Assembly (NCBI GenBank): GCA_051294905.1 | Contig: CM119371.1 | Location: 21,826,001-21,890,000 of the forward strand | Direction of reading: 5' to 3' | DNA: 64,000 nucleotides | From: Botryllus schlosseri | Taxonomy: Eukaryota | Part shown: positions 48,378-62,069 of the stretch, in pieces | How the letters are laid out: every line of letters begins with the position of its first letter | Numbering within the stretch: the first letter of the stretch is position 1 | Position numbers and translations under genes: made by a program | Notes under the pieces: generated by a model | What the model saw: the letters and a program-made list of their open reading frames with translations, nothing else | Databases searched by the model: none | What the model was told of the DNA's origin: nothing

Positions 48378-50174
48378 TCCATCAGACAAAGAAACCAGTC
48401 ATCCATCAACAAAACAGAAACCGTGCGATGAAAGAGCTAAATTAATGTAACAATGCTATACATCAGTGGTAATTGCTTTCATAATCGATGATGTTGAGGA
48501 CCGCGAAATAACCGCGCATAATACGATGCACCCGGTTGAAGAGCCCTGGGTTATTGCAAAACTTCTAGATATTTGATAACGTAAAGTAAACAAAGACTAG
48601 GTTTTAACGGCGAGGTGCTCAGCTGTTGTGTGACGTCACACGTCGACACCTCTGTCCCGTATAGTCCGTTCTCACGCCACTCGCGTGTGACGTCACAAGC
48701 AAGCCGGGCCTGTCGTGTAGATTATTTCAAAGCTTTAACAGATAATCGCTGCCGGAGCAGCAGGCAAATGACAAAATGATTGCCCTAATAAGAATTGTGT
48801 GTGTTTGCATTCCATTGGCTTGCATTTTACAGGGTAATATTTACAAATTCAAAATAGACTTGAAACGCAGAACGACGCAAAACTCTCGACCACGCTAGAC
48901 GTCGAAATGTCAGGACAAAAGGAACTTGATCCAAAGCCACGCGGACGCAAACAACAGAAAAACACTAACACTCTCACACAGAAACAAATAAACTAGTGAA
49001 AAAACAACGTATACGGAAAATGTCTGTGGCAGCGATAAATGGACATGTGCAAGAGGCTTAGTGACACGAAGACACAAGCACACCGCTATATTTCTACTAT
49101 CTCAGCCCAGGAATCGTGCAGCCTGAAATGTGATCCAAGGATATATGCGCTGTGTACTCAATATTAAATCATATGGATATGATCTCAGATTGAATGATGG
49201 ACGACTCCTTTGAGTACAAGCAAATTTGAATACAGGGACGAAATAGACTTGAGTTTCTCTAATCATTTGCTCATTAGCTATAACATTCATAACCTCAATG
49301 CAAACTGTTTCTTTAGCTTGACAACACCAACAATTCGTACTATTTCATACGGAAGAAGGAAATATTTGTCAATCTGACAATTCCGCAAATTTGAAATGTC
49401 CACGTTGTTCGAAGACACAAAAATTCCAGGTCATGAGATGATTCCTGTGTTCACGGAAATGCGCTTTCAGCTGGAATCACTTTCCAGAGATATCCCACGA
49501 TTAATTGCCACCACCGGCAGAAATATTCAAACATCTCCTTAAAATACTGGAAGGTAAACGCTATTCCCCGGGTCTGACTCCGGTATGTGTATTCTAATGC
49601 AGAGGTTCTCAACCTTTTTCACCTCGCGGACCGGTAAAATTTCAAAAAATGTCTTGCGGACCGGTGGACTTTCAAAAATTGAAATGAAGCCAAAATGGCA
49701 AGTAAGCAATCGTTTTTTGCAATGTATGGTGCTAGAGCGGTGGTCAGGAACCTATGGCTCTTTTGGGTAAATGTATGACTCATTGCCGAATTTTTATATT
49801 TGTACCTAATTTACCAATATTGCAGCAACTGCTTAGTAAATTCTTATCATGGCAAAAATAATTGTTGTCGTGGCTGTATAAACATGACAAGGCAATGGCG
49901 TATTCAGGCATAGAGGCTCGGAGCCCGTTTTGGAAATCCTCAAATTAAAGTTGCTTTCGCTCCGGCTACCAATACCACTCGCGTGTTCGATGCACCCGAC
50001 ATCGCGCCTCGAAATTGCGAATTGCACGATACGATGATTGATCAAATGATCAAAGATAATAGCAAACATCTCAACGCCTGTGTGACAAGGCAGGTTGCAA
50101 ATACATATTGTCTTGCTGATCTACGGCGAGAAATGTGCTGCCCTAAAAGTGACACGCGCTGATTGATTAGTAAG

Positions 50175-50665
50175 TAGGACTGGGCACAATGATTCGAGTA
50201 TTAATTTTAATAATTCGAGTCGAGTAGTAAAAGACGATTTTTTCGAGTACTGAGTTATTCGCTTCTCGCCACTGAAAGTTAATTCATCAACAAGAATTAT
50301 AGTGTCGATACTGTTGAAGCCCTGAAACCTTGATTGACGGTATCGTAACATACGAAACATATAGTAGAAAGCTACGAAGGTTACTGGACGTAGCACATTT
50401 ACGAAGTCGTAATTATCCCACAACATTGTTACAAAGTGCAATGAAATCGGTATGGTCGAAAGAAATACCAAAGTATCTTTTATGAGATGGATAACAGGCA
50501 ATGTATTCTTTGTGGTGGAATAAATGGTATATATTCGAGCTTCAAGTATTACATTCTGTTATGAGGTAATACGTACTGAGTGATACTCGATTACTCGACT
50601 CGACTCGCAGCATATTACATGATTCAGAATCAAATTATCCAGGTATTCGATTTTGCCCAGCCCTA
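50175..50665. mobile_element. hAT-like MITE (degenerate relative at about 30428-30980)
   Basis: Termini TAGGACTGGGCA / TGCCCAGCCCTA; 8-bp TSD TTAGTAAG. Confidence 0.8.
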
Positions 50666-52096
50666 TTAGTAAGTAGCTTGGTAGCATTGGCGTTAAAATG
50701 TAGGCGTGTTGCGCAACGTTATGTTACCATCGAATAATTTGAGAATTGAGAAGTCGATCAATATTTAGAATTTCAGATTTTCGGAACCAGTGCTACAGTT
50801 ACATTCGATTATTATAAATTTAAAGCTATATATGATGAATTGTGCCGTCATGGGTGAGGCTTGATATGTGGCCTCGCATATGCCTTACATCTCAATTCGC
50901 GCTTTATTTTCGAACAATGAGTATGCAAGTTGCGTAATGTTTGGAGCAAAAATGTTGCAAATCTTTTCCAATTCTTAAACATCGGTAGAAAATACCAATA
51001 TTCAGTAAAAGTTCCACAATTTCGTTTACGCATCCTGACGATAGGTGATGCACTTCCTCACTTGCGGTATCTGACCCCACGTCACTGACGTATCACGCCT
51101 TACAATCGGTATGTACTGCCGTAGTGACCATACGTCCTGTTTTAAGAGGATTTGTTCTCTTTTTTGACTTTTTTGACAGAGTCCTCGGAGGACGTCCTTT
51201 TGTCCTCTTTTTTGAGATTTTGTCCTCTTTTTTGAAAATTTAGGTCAGATTTAGGGCAAATTGCGAGCGATATGCCGTAAATTAGCACAGAAGTGAAGCT
51301 CCGGCGGGTATTCCGGAGCGAGAAACGGTGATTTTAGCTCTGAGCGAAAAGATGGCCTACCTTTTTTTTTTCTTTTTCTTTTTAGTCATCCACCTAGCAA
51401 CGCCGCGAGAAAAACGGTCTTTCACAAAGTGGGAAAACTTCACCGGTTTTTGAGAATTTTTCTCCGGTTTTGCAAGTCTCAAATTTCTGAAAAAGTGTCC
51501 TCTTTTTAGATTTCCAAAATATGGTAAGCCTACATTTGGTGACTTTCAAAAAATCAGCCCGTACTTCAGCATTCTGGCTTAATGTGGCCTCAGTCGTCGC
51601 TGTACATTAATATATCACTTCACTGAAATATGTTAGGTCGGAATCATCAGAAGTTCATAATAGGTCCCTACTATGAATGCAATGCGCCGCACGAAAACAC
51701 CTGACTACAGCTATACCTGGCCAGTGGCCATCCACAAAATCAGGGCCGAACGTCAGCCAAGTTGCCCAAAACGGTAGTCTTTGGCCCCACAAAGCGATAC
51801 ACCAAACTTTTATAGCTAGGGGCATCGCCCCCAGACCCCACCGCTGGTTGTTTTCGCCAGGACTTGCGAACACATTCCATCTACTGAGTATAGGCAGATA
51901 GTTTTCTATAGGTAATTCATGACTGAATCGGTCAATAAAATTGTTAATTGCATATAGGCTATATTGCTGCAAATTTGTACACTATCAGAATTATCAGATT
52001 TTCCGGTAGAGTTGATTGAGGTGTCGTGTTGGAAAATTTAGGGCACGTAATAGATAATAATTAAACATATTCGGGTGGGCCTGTTGGACTAATTAC

Positions 52097-55000
52097 TAGG
52101 GATGGTGTGAACCTCTGAAAGGTTCAGGTTCGTGTGAACGCGAACCTTTTTGAAAGGTTCTGTGTGAACACGAACGTGAACCTCATGACGTCACGTGACG
52201 TCATATTGCTAATTCCAACCCAATCTTTCAATGAAGTGATAGCCTACTTGTACACTATACCTATAGTGACGACTCGGGCCACATAATGCCACAATGCCGA
52301 AGTACATATTGGTGTTTTAAACGTCGCTGAGGGCGGAGATAATTAAGTGTGCTGATCCGGGAGAATGCTAATCGTGTGATTAAATACGTTATCTGTTGCA
52401 TCATAATGCGAAAATGCGTTATATATTGGCTGCTAGTTAGTGAATAAAACTAGAGATCCCACAATCTCCATAATGAAACAGCAGCCTGCTGACGACGATA
52501 CTGCCACTGTAATAGGTAGAATTATCATCATCGCGAAATGAAAGTCGTGTCCAATTCGTACGGTACAGCTAAGAAGCGGATATCGCTTTGCAATGGTGGG
52601 TAGTCCTACATAATTCGGTGATTATTGTTGTTTTAGTGAAGCCATAACCTAGGAGACAATCGGCATGGTAATTATCGGGAATAATTAGACGTAGGAATGG
52701 TACTCAGTTTCTATACGGCTAATTCCATTATAATTTAACAGGGGCTGTAATGCATACCCTCAGAATTGTCCAATATTTACAAATGTTATTCTTTTTTGAA
52801 TTCCAAGTTTATTAAAAAAAAAAAATTGAAAAATGTTCAGCAGTTCAAAAGATATTGCGATTTAAAATCCTCTCGTCACTAGGTGGCGCTACTTTCAAAA
52901 ATCTTTGAAATCGATATTTTTCGCTTAAATGATGGTAGAGAACCAATTAAAATGTCCAATTAACCAATTCTGGGGCCAAGGAATTCAATAAAACCAACTG
53001 TTTCGCCCTAAACTCAATGAAAAAAAAGTTACGGATGAAAAAAAAATGGGGGGGACGGGCTTGAAAATGTCTGTGGGATACGGCCTACACAAAAAAAAAT
53101 TATTGTGAAATGTGCATTCAAGGAGTATGGTTGATAAAAAGCTTGATTTTAAATTCCCCAGTTATTCCACCGTGAAATATGCATTACATAAAAATTTCAT
53201 GGTCCCAACCCATATCCCTGCTCACCGTAAATACTATTATCACCAGTCAAATATATGAATAAATTTATCAGTTTCGGTTTTTGAAATTTTTCAAGTAGAA
53301 TCCGTGCTGAACCACTGCATCAACAATAATAGAAGCAAGTAACAAAAGACATATTTACAATTGATCTTGAAATGTGGCAAGTCGACGATCCAAAATGCAT
53401 GCCAAACACGAAACAATAAATATGTTCGGATTTTTGACTTTTGACTATACTAAGAGACAAAATGCAATTTCAACATATTTATTGTTTCGTGTTTGGCATG
53501 CATTTTGGATCGTCGACTTGCCACATTTCAAGATCAATTGTAAATATGTCTTTTGTTACTTGCTTCTATTATTGTTGATGCGGTGGTTCAGCACGGATTC
53601 TACTTGAAAAATTTCAAACACCAAAACTAATAAATTTATTGATATATTTGACTGGTGATAATAGTATTTACGGTGAGCAGGGATATGGGTTGGGACCATA
53701 AAATTTTTATGTAATGCATATTTCACGGTGGAATAACTGGGGAATTTAAAATCAAGCTTTTTATCAACCATACTCCTTGAAAGCACATTTCACAATAATT
53801 TTTTTTTGTGTAGGCCGTATCCCACAGACATTTTCAAGCCCGTCCCCCCCATTTTTTTTTTCATCCGTAACTTTTTTTTCATTGAGTTTAGGGCGAAACA
53901 GTTGGTTTTATTGAATTCCTTGGCCCCAGAATTGGTTAATTGGACATTTTAATTGGTTCTCTACCATCATTTAAGCGAAAAATATCGATTTCAAAGATTT
54001 TTGAAAGTAGCGCCACCTAGTGACGAGAGGATTTTAAATCGCAATATCTTTTGAACCGCTGAACATTTTTCAATTTTTTTTTTTTTAAGAAACTTGGAAT
54101 TCAAAAAAGAACAACATATATAAATATTGGACAATTCTGAGAGTATGCATTACAAATCTCAAAAAATTTGCTAAATTATAATGGAATTAGCCATACATAA
54201 CTTGAAATCTATAGTTGTTCCAGTTTGTTAAATCATGAGATTAACACTAACTTTATGCGCCGCGATCAACCGGTTTCCTTAATCCTGGGTTGATAAATCC
54301 TGGCGAACGCGCTAATCGACTTTATTGCTAATCCAACTTTATTATCTTCGCTCTAAATGTATCAACTGAGGCAATTAAAGGATATAATACTCCCATAAAA
54401 TCAATATTTTCCGTCGCTTTGCCAACAATTTCGACGAGGACTTACCAGGGAACATAAACTTACGCCTTAACGGTCGAGACCAGACCGGACAATGTGTTCG
54501 GCGTCTGAGTATCGCTACATTGATATTGAGCTGAGTGTAAAATAGGTTTCTATACTTGCTACAAATATTACCCCATTAAGAAGTTAAACACTATACAGCA
54601 GTGGCCAACACTTCAATCGCACGGATTTGGTTTTAATGATGCAGTAAAGATACGAAGTCAAGATTGACCCCGTACGCCTGCTAGATTTTTTTCATCAGAA
54701 AACGATATCAATTTCATTGATTGGTTGAATAAGCATCATTCGCTGACTACGTATTTTGCTCGTGATGTTTTTGATTGCGGGTCAAACTCACAACAGAAAG
54801 TCACAAACGGAAACCTGGATATTTCGAGCAAACTTTTGTAACTATAAAGCAAGTAAAACATTTGAGATGGTCAAGGTGCATGCTCGTTTAGTGTTGATTT
54901 TTAATGTTGCCAGCGCCATGCCTGGAGTGGCCCGCAGTTGAAATGCAATAAATATGAACCAAAGATGTTGTAATGAAGTGAAAATTGTAATATATGAAAA

Positions 55001-55109
55001 AGGTTCACAGTGTAGAACCTACCAAGGTTCTGTTGTGAACGCGAACCTCTAAATTTCCGAGGTTCACACACATAACGCGAACGTGAACCTCGCGTTCACA
55101 CCATCCCTA
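52097..55109. mobile_element. hAT-like non-autonomous element hosting a foldback element
   Basis: TIRs TAGGGATGGTGTGAAC / GTTCACACCATCCCTA; 8-bp TSD CTAATTAC; GTGAAC subterminal repeats. Confidence 0.88.
52717..54192. mobile_element. Foldback DNA element: near-perfect palindrome with arms of about 680 bp and a 4-bp TSD
   Basis: GGCTAATTCCATTATAATTTA...TAAATTATAATGGAATTAGCC; TSD ATAC; arms about 52747-53426 and 53472-54153; 45-bp spacer. Confidence 0.9.
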
Positions 55110-55394
55110 CTAATTACTTCATTACATGTCAATATTTCGTCACCTACTGTCTGTTATATTGTGACTAGATATTGAAATCACCCAAGCGTACTATAAACTA
55201 AAGGACGTACACGATTCCAAATTGGTATTTCTTCACCGGCAAATAATTTGACTCTGGCCTTTGTTATTTGTGCTGTGGGGCACAGATTGCCAGGACAGTG
55301 AGATTAGGTGCCAGCCATTATCGGGCCTATGGACGATTATACATATCTATCTCGAACTTATCGGTCAATAAAGGGCAGTCTTTTTCGGTCAAGG

Positions 55395-56521
55395 TAGGGT
55401 TGCCATACGTCAGGAATTTCCCGGACATGTCCGGAATTTCACTGAAAAATCTGCGTCCGGGAGGAATTCCTAAAATATGCCCAAATGTCCGGAATTTTGA
55501 AGGGTTGAAGTAGGCTCAAAAGTTTTTCGTAAGTCAACATAAACAATATTTTTTTCAAGCAGATTTATGATATTCGAAATTCTTCTTCGCGCTGCGCGCG
55601 AGGTAATGCAACGTTTATTGGTATTAGTACGGGCACCTGGCATCACATTCGCCAAACAAATGCAATCAAAATTAATATAAATTACCATAATTTACTGAAA
55701 TAAGTCCAATGGTAATCGCAATTATAAGCTAACGGTATAGTACTAGAATTGGTTATGGCCGATTGGATGATTTAGTCACAGACAGTGGTTCCAAATTCTT
55801 GGGCTCGTTTACCTTTATCTGTGGATCGCGATGATGTTGGACGCAATCACCGTCCTAGGCCGGGAGTAAGTTTGAGCAAGCTGAATTTTTTTAGTAATCA
55901 GCTTATCAAGTTTTTAGCTGGGCCATGGAACATTTTTAAGTTTGAAATGAGGTCGCGACCATTAAAGGTTGGAAATCACCGGATGAGCATTGGGCAACCT
56001 GTTGGTGCATTTTATAGTAGCCCAATGAAAAAATCAATATTATTGAAGAATTCCTTGATAAAATTTCACAGCCAAATGCATATAGTAATTGCCCAAGAAG
56101 TTACATCGATTACCCTATGGTGGGTTAGAGATCAGTGCTTTTTTGGGCGGAAGGGGGCGGAAAAATGTTGTCTCGGACCTGAATAAAATAAAAACAAACA
56201 ATCAGATAGCCGCACCGACCTAACAGTATAGCGGGACTGTCAAACACAATCCTGACAGGCCAAACACGGCCCGCCAGACGATTTCATCCGGCAAGTGGAG
56301 AAATCTATTGCACACCATAGCTAGTAGCAATCAGCAGAGTTCACATTACAGAGGGTCCAATTCATGACCTATGTTCCACTCCCTTCCTGCATACCGTCGT
56401 TTGACAATGCTTTGCTAGTGTGACGTCATATTGACAGACAATGTGTAATACCTCATTTTAAATCCGCTAGTGGGCGCTACAGAGTGTCCGGAATTTGCTT
56501 CACAAAAATATGGTAACCCTA
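55395..56521. mobile_element. hAT-like MITE
   Basis: TIRs TAGGGTTGCCATA / TATGGTAACCCTA; 8-bp TSD GGTCAAGG. Confidence 0.85.
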
Positions 56522-57764
56522 GGTCAAGGTTATCCCACCGGCGAGTTTATCGCACACTTTACGGATTCCTATGTTAGCCTGAACTTTTAGTGAGCTCTGA
56601 ATTCTCGTGGCACATACGTTAAAATCACTGTTGTCGAGAAATTCATGTTACCGTACCATCATCAAGTTGCTTGTTTACGTTGGAAAACGCCATTGTGACG
56701 TCATCTTGATAAAAAGTCGCTTGTAGCCCTTGCCCCACCACCCGATATTGTGGCGAGCCACCACTGGAATATATGTTCGTATTTCTAAACATATTTATTA
56801 CAAGCTCCTCGACTTACCGCCAGCGGGATAAATCGCAAATAAATGGGTAATTAAAGCAGAAATCACGCCGCTCTCTTAGAATGGATATTAACATGAGAAA
56901 TAGATTTGGCCCCATACAGTCTGACGCAATGCTTGAAGTGAATATATGTCATTTTTTGTACTTTTTTTTGCTACAATTAATGATAGATGCGTGATGTAGC
57001 CTGATGAAATTGATACTTTATCATATTTTCGTCTTGGCTGCGCAGATCACCCAACTACGCGTCATTCAAGTTGGAATTACGATGATTACACTGGAGAACA
57101 CAATTTAAGTTGACTTTGATCAGACAATTGATCCTGACTAACTTTTCGGCGCTGAATCAAAAAATTACTACCATTTTTCTCCATCACGTCAAGTCGCTGG
57201 GTTAGGCACCCATCGCATTGTCTCAGAGTCATAACCCACATATATGTACTATTTAAAATATTTAAGTTTATTGTATAAAACGTTTCAAAAACCACAAGCA
57301 GCCGAAAGTAAATCAGACTTCAAATAGACATTGGCACTATTTTAGTGGCTGATTTAAACAGATATCGCTTCTGCGGGACAAATAAAGTGCGAGTTTGGGG
57401 GTCCAAATTTACGCTAGTAACCCATAATTCTGTGGGTTGTCACGTTTGAGACGGGAGCAATAGTCAGTTAACATAAAGCCCCAATCTACTCTGGTATCTT
57501 CGGTAAAAATATCTTCGGATATTGTGGGTCACTTTCTCCTGGTCCATCGCTGACTATGCGGAGGTTTTCCGGGAAATTATTTCGATGTTTTAGCTTTTTT
57601 TTTCATTTCTGTCGGACATAAACATATGGAAGTGACACATGTGTACCAGGCCCTGGCCACTAGGAAACACAATATTTTAAAGTTATCTACATATGGCAAA
57701 TAAATTATTATGGAGTTCTAGTGCACAAAATGAGCTGTGCAACAAGAGTTTTTCCAGTTGTTTG

Positions 57765-58027
57765 GCTTGGAGTCTACTTTTATCAGAATATGCCAACCAA
57801 GTTTGTGTGAACAGACGGAGTTCGTTTGCAGTCTGAAAATAGTACATCCCTTCACCCCGATGATTCAGTGATACGATTGTTGACATACAATTATTTCTTT
57901 CGAATTCTCTACAAATTGCTTGCGATTACTCCTGGCGAGTGTGAACCGAAAATATTAGGGTTCATTTTAACATAAGTATACTATTCATTTGTATTTAAAG
58001 TTGTGTACCCCTAAGAAGCTCTTCAAA
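57765..58027 (+). mobile_element. Old Penelope-like 3' remnant with a decayed hammerhead
   Basis: Encodes LESTFIRICQPSLCEQ (compare [16 protein letters not shown]), followed by a pLTR with CTGGCGAGTGTGAACCGAAAATATTAGGGT and the AAGAAGCTCTTCAA tail. Confidence 0.65.
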
Positions 58028-58466
58028 ACAAAAACAGAATGATTAATTTTTATTGAAAATCAGTGACTTCTGCTATTCCATTTTAGAAACTCGATAAGGA
58101 ATCTTTGCTGTTACTAACAAAGCTGCTTCATGGATCTCAGATCTATAAATCTCAACCGGCATTATGTGTATGAATGTACAGTATGTACAACACCAGGTTG
58201 AATGGAAAATATCCAAAACAGCTACAAATGGCGGATGATAGTAAAACTATCATGTATTATGATATCCCTTTAAAATTCAAAATTTCAAATGCAGTCTTGA
58301 TTAAAATAAGGTACATAATAATTATGCACGAATCATTGTTTTGTTAGTATCATAAAATAATGAATATAGCAAATGAAGGGAGTACTTCATGCAAAGTTCA
58401 AGCCTGCTGTTGAACCAGTGGTTCACCAACAGATCATTACGTGTCATATATGAGATCACAGTGCTG

Positions 58467-58797
58467 AACAATGCTGTCTGGCGCTTTTTCTCTTGAGCTA
58501 CTCTCTCGTTTCGCCAGACAGCATTGTTGCGTCCCAATGCCAATCTCCATAACAATGAAAAATTAGAGGCCGATTGTGGGAGTTCCAGGGCCACGAGCGG
58601 AATAAAATTTATATGTTCGTAATTAGTGCGGAGTCAGCTTTTCGATTGATACCTGTTTTACCAAATTTAATGCTCGGCAAGCCGGTCAAAAAGGACCGTC
58701 AAATTGCCTGTAGCCAAATGGAAACTGTGACGTGATACAAGTTCACTGAGGCGTGAGATTTGCCTGTGTCGTCACCATATAGGACACTATGATGAGA
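58467..58797 (-). repeat. Interspersed repeat with a terminal 17-bp hairpin (empty-site paralog of the LINE insertion)
   Basis: Matches 15920-16200 plus 18901-18928; perfect inverted repeat 58467-58483 / 58512-58528. Confidence 0.7.
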
Positions 58798-59199
58798 CAA
58801 TTTAGCTACAAATATCCGTGAATGTATCCAGACGTATATAGGGGAGAAGAAAGTGAGGTTAAGGTCAAGGCTATCGTATTTGCCCGTCATTCTACATAAG
58901 AGTCTCCGGGCATTCCTCGAACAATTGGATTGGCTTGTTCAACGGAGTAGGCTACAGTTGCACACTACGAACATTTGCATAGTCCAGTTGCAGATCTTGG
59001 AAGGTTTAGTGAGAAATCAGCAAAAATGTCACAGTCTAGTCTGGAAAGCACCGAGTTGAATCATATTTCAATTTTCTTGAACCGCTTTGACGACAGGAAA
59101 CGCACTGATGTTCATCCAGCAAATGCACATATGCATGTGGAAATCTTGGTATTGTTACCGTCTATTTCACAAATCATACGGGATACCTTTTAGGTCGCC

Positions 59200-59988
59200 C
59201 TTTTCCACAAGACTAACACTCATAGGTTCTGACTCGGGTATGTGTATTCTCATGTGTTTACATGTGACTGATCAAAGCAAACGCTTTTCCGCAGATCTGA
59301 CATGCATAAGTTTTGATTCCAGTATGCGTATTACCATGTTTTCCAAGTTACTAATCCGGTTAAACGATTTCCGCAGATCTGACGTCCACAGTTTTTGACT
59401 CCGGCATGTGTATTTAGGTATATGCATTAGCTTGAAAACACAAACGCTTTGAAACATTCAGTCGAACTGACAATTTATCGAATATAAAATGCTTGATTAT
59501 ACAAAAAGTCCAGTACAATGGATATACAGTGGATGTTTCTTCTGTTCACGAAAATATGCTTTTATCTGGAGTGACTTTTCAGAGATATCCCACCACCTGG
59601 GATATGAATATTCTCACATATTCTCAAAATACTGGTGAGTATGTAACTAATATTCCAGGGATCTAACACTCATAGGTTTTGACTCGGTATGTGTGTGTCC
59701 ATGTCTTTTCAAGTAATCAGGCAGGCTAAACGCTTTTCCGCAGATCTGACATGCATATATTTTGACTCCGGTATGTGTATTTTCATGTTTTTTTCACTGA
59801 GAATGCCGGCTAAAGGCTTTTCCGCAGACCTGTCACACATAGTTTTTGACTCCAGTATGTGTATTTCCATGTTTTTTCAAGTAACTAAGCCGGCTGAACG
59901 CTTTTCCGCAGATTTGACATATATATTGTTTGACTCCGGTATGTATATGTTCATGTTTCTTCAAGTTGCCAAGCATGGCAAACGCTTT
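59200..59988 (-). pseudogene. Decayed continuation of the C2H2 zinc-finger array
   Basis: 84-bp finger repeats continue past the stop at 59989, with further in-frame TGA stops and frameshifts. Confidence 0.75.
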
Positions 59989-60870
59989 TCAACAGATCTG
60001 ACACTCATAATTTTTCAATCCAGTGTGTATATTTTCATGTCGTTTCAAGTCACCAAGCTGGGTGAACACTTTTCCGCAGATCTGACATGCATAGGTTTTG
60101 ACTCTAGTATGTGTCTTTTCGTGTTTTTTCATGTCATCATGCCGGTTAAATGCTCTTCCGCATATATGACATGCATATTGTTTGACTCCAGTATGTGTAT
60201 TCTCATGTCTTTTCAAGTTACTGCTCTGATTAAACACTTTTCCACAAATCTCACATTCATAGTTTTTGACTCCAGTATGTATATTTCCATGTGTTTTCAA
60301 GTTACCAAGAAGGGTAAACGCTTTTCCGCAGATCTGACATGTATAGTTTTTGACTCCGGTATGTGTATTTCTGTGTCTTTTCAAGTCACCGTGCTGAGTA
60401 AACGCTTTTCCACATATCTCACACTCATAGTTTTTGACTCCCATATGTGCATTCAAGTGTGCCTTCAAGTTACCGAGGGATGTAAATGCTTTTCCGCAGA
60501 TCTGACATGTGTAGTCTTTTATTCCAGTGTGAATAAGCATGTGTCTTGTTAAATGTATATTGAAGTTACCGATCCAAATAAACTTTCTGCCACAGATATC
60601 ACATTCATGGCTTTTCACTCCATTATGTGTATTTCTATGTATCTTCAAATCCCTGCTCCCAATACACTTTTCGCCACAGACATCACATTCGTGGTCGTCG
60701 AAAACAGTGTGAACTGTTCGATGTGCTCTCAACGCAGCCGTTGTAGAATAGGCTTTCCCACTGATATCACATTCATCTTTCCTCGCTTCAATGTGGGATT
60801 GCAGGTGAGTTTTCATTCCGCCATGACGATGGACGCATTTCCCACAGATCCAACACTTCTTTCTGGTCAT
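59989..60870 (-). CDS. Tandem C2H2 zinc-finger protein (about 10 fingers), possibly truncated or a pseudogene
   Basis: 293-aa ORF of CxxC-x12-HxxxH repeats with TGVKNY-type linkers; ends mid-finger at CQIC*, where GGA appears to have mutated to TGA. Confidence 0.7.
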   Translation of the reverse strand: MTRKKCWICGKCVHRHGGMKTHLQSHIEARKDECDISGKAYSTTAALRAHRTVHTVFDDHECDVCGEKCIGSRDLKIHRNTHNGVKSHECDICGRKFIWIGNFNIHLTRHMLIHTGIKDYTCQICGKAFTSLGNLKAHLNAHMGVKNYECEICGKAFTQHGDLKRHRNTHTGVKNYTCQICGKAFTLLGNLKTHGNIHTGVKNYECEICGKVFNQSSNLKRHENTHTGVKQYACHICGRAFNRHDDMKKHEKTHTRVKTYACQICGKVFTQLGDLKRHENIHTGLKNYECQIC

Positions 60871-62069
60871 TGTTGCGGGTGAATGTAATCTACTCCATCA
60901 AGCGTCACACAATAACACCAACAGTTCTTTGTCCAATACCGGATTTGTGTTCTTGCAATCCAAAGGCTATTGTGTAGTATGATACTTGTTATAATATAAC
61001 ATCAGTCTGAAAAGCAATATCATCAGAGAAGTTATTCAATGACGCATTAGTCTGATGATGAGCGAATTATAACAATTTCCCGAATCACCAACATATGACA
61101 TATTGATAGGCTTTTCCTCGAATATATCTCAGCATTGTAATAATCTGTAACCAGACACATTGTTATGAAATAATCGACACAGTTTTCGCTAGGCTAAAAT
61201 TGCGGAGCATAAACAAATTTTCAGAACAGTGTGATCTTGAATGAATCTGGTGACTTGGCTGGAATAATTTAAATTTTCAGAATATATCGTGGATGACCGA
61301 ATTTTCAACTCTGTATTTGTTGGAAATTGTCGATGAGGTCTTGTGTAAGTCTCAGCTCATTTAAATGACAAATAATATAGAACCAATTCACAACAAGTAG
61401 TGCAATTACCATGAATCAAAGTTCATTGCAACCTTGTGTATGATTTGTAATAGAAACACATTCATCGCAGAGTCAATGTTCTATATTTTCCTAGCAATAA
61501 TGAGTACCTTTAAATATCCCCGCTACGACAGCACAAGTAATGAAATTCGAACCAATGGGTTTTTAGTTGATGGTAAATTTGTGAAAGTCGAGGCCGGTAT
61601 ACTTTTCAACATAAAAATATGTCATCTAACATGAATACCATGTGGTGTATTTCTTAATGTACTTAGTAATCACAAAGACCTGATGACTCAAAGCAAACGT
61701 GACACGAAGCTGATTGAAATCATATCGGGAATGACAGCTCTTTATTATTGATGTCAAAACTGTTATATTTCTTCAACTCAAACATTTTTCAATGCATGAC
61801 TCACAAGACATAAGCCTTGGGTGTGAGTATACTTTTTGGCATGAGCTGATTAAGTAAATCGTTGCTGAGTAGAGAATTGTCACTTAAAAACAGGAGTTGG
61901 TGACCCCCTTAAATATAAACTGCAGACTTCAAGCCAAACAGGGGTAATTTCTGAATATGAATTTTAGTTTCTTGTTATGACTTGATTTTAAAAAATATTT
62001 TTGTGGGATTTCCAAACGTCAATGAGATCCACAAGAACGGTAGCTGGGAGCCGCAGTTGGGAATTACTG

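Noticed and set aside
59780..59991. Several in-frame TGA codons suggesting selenocysteine or stop recoding
   Set aside because: They fall at Gly, Cys and Leu positions, a frameshift follows, and CTNS uses TGA as a normal stop. Ordinary decay explains them.
59689..60552. 287-aa plus-strand ORF with 28-aa periodicity
   Set aside because: It is the antisense shadow of the C2H2 finger array; open antisense frames are common for such repeats.
61678..61715. Other CTGANGA motifs (also 25566, 51036, 57001, 61052) as hammerheads
   Set aside because: No correctly spaced GAAA/UH and no stem I complementarity.
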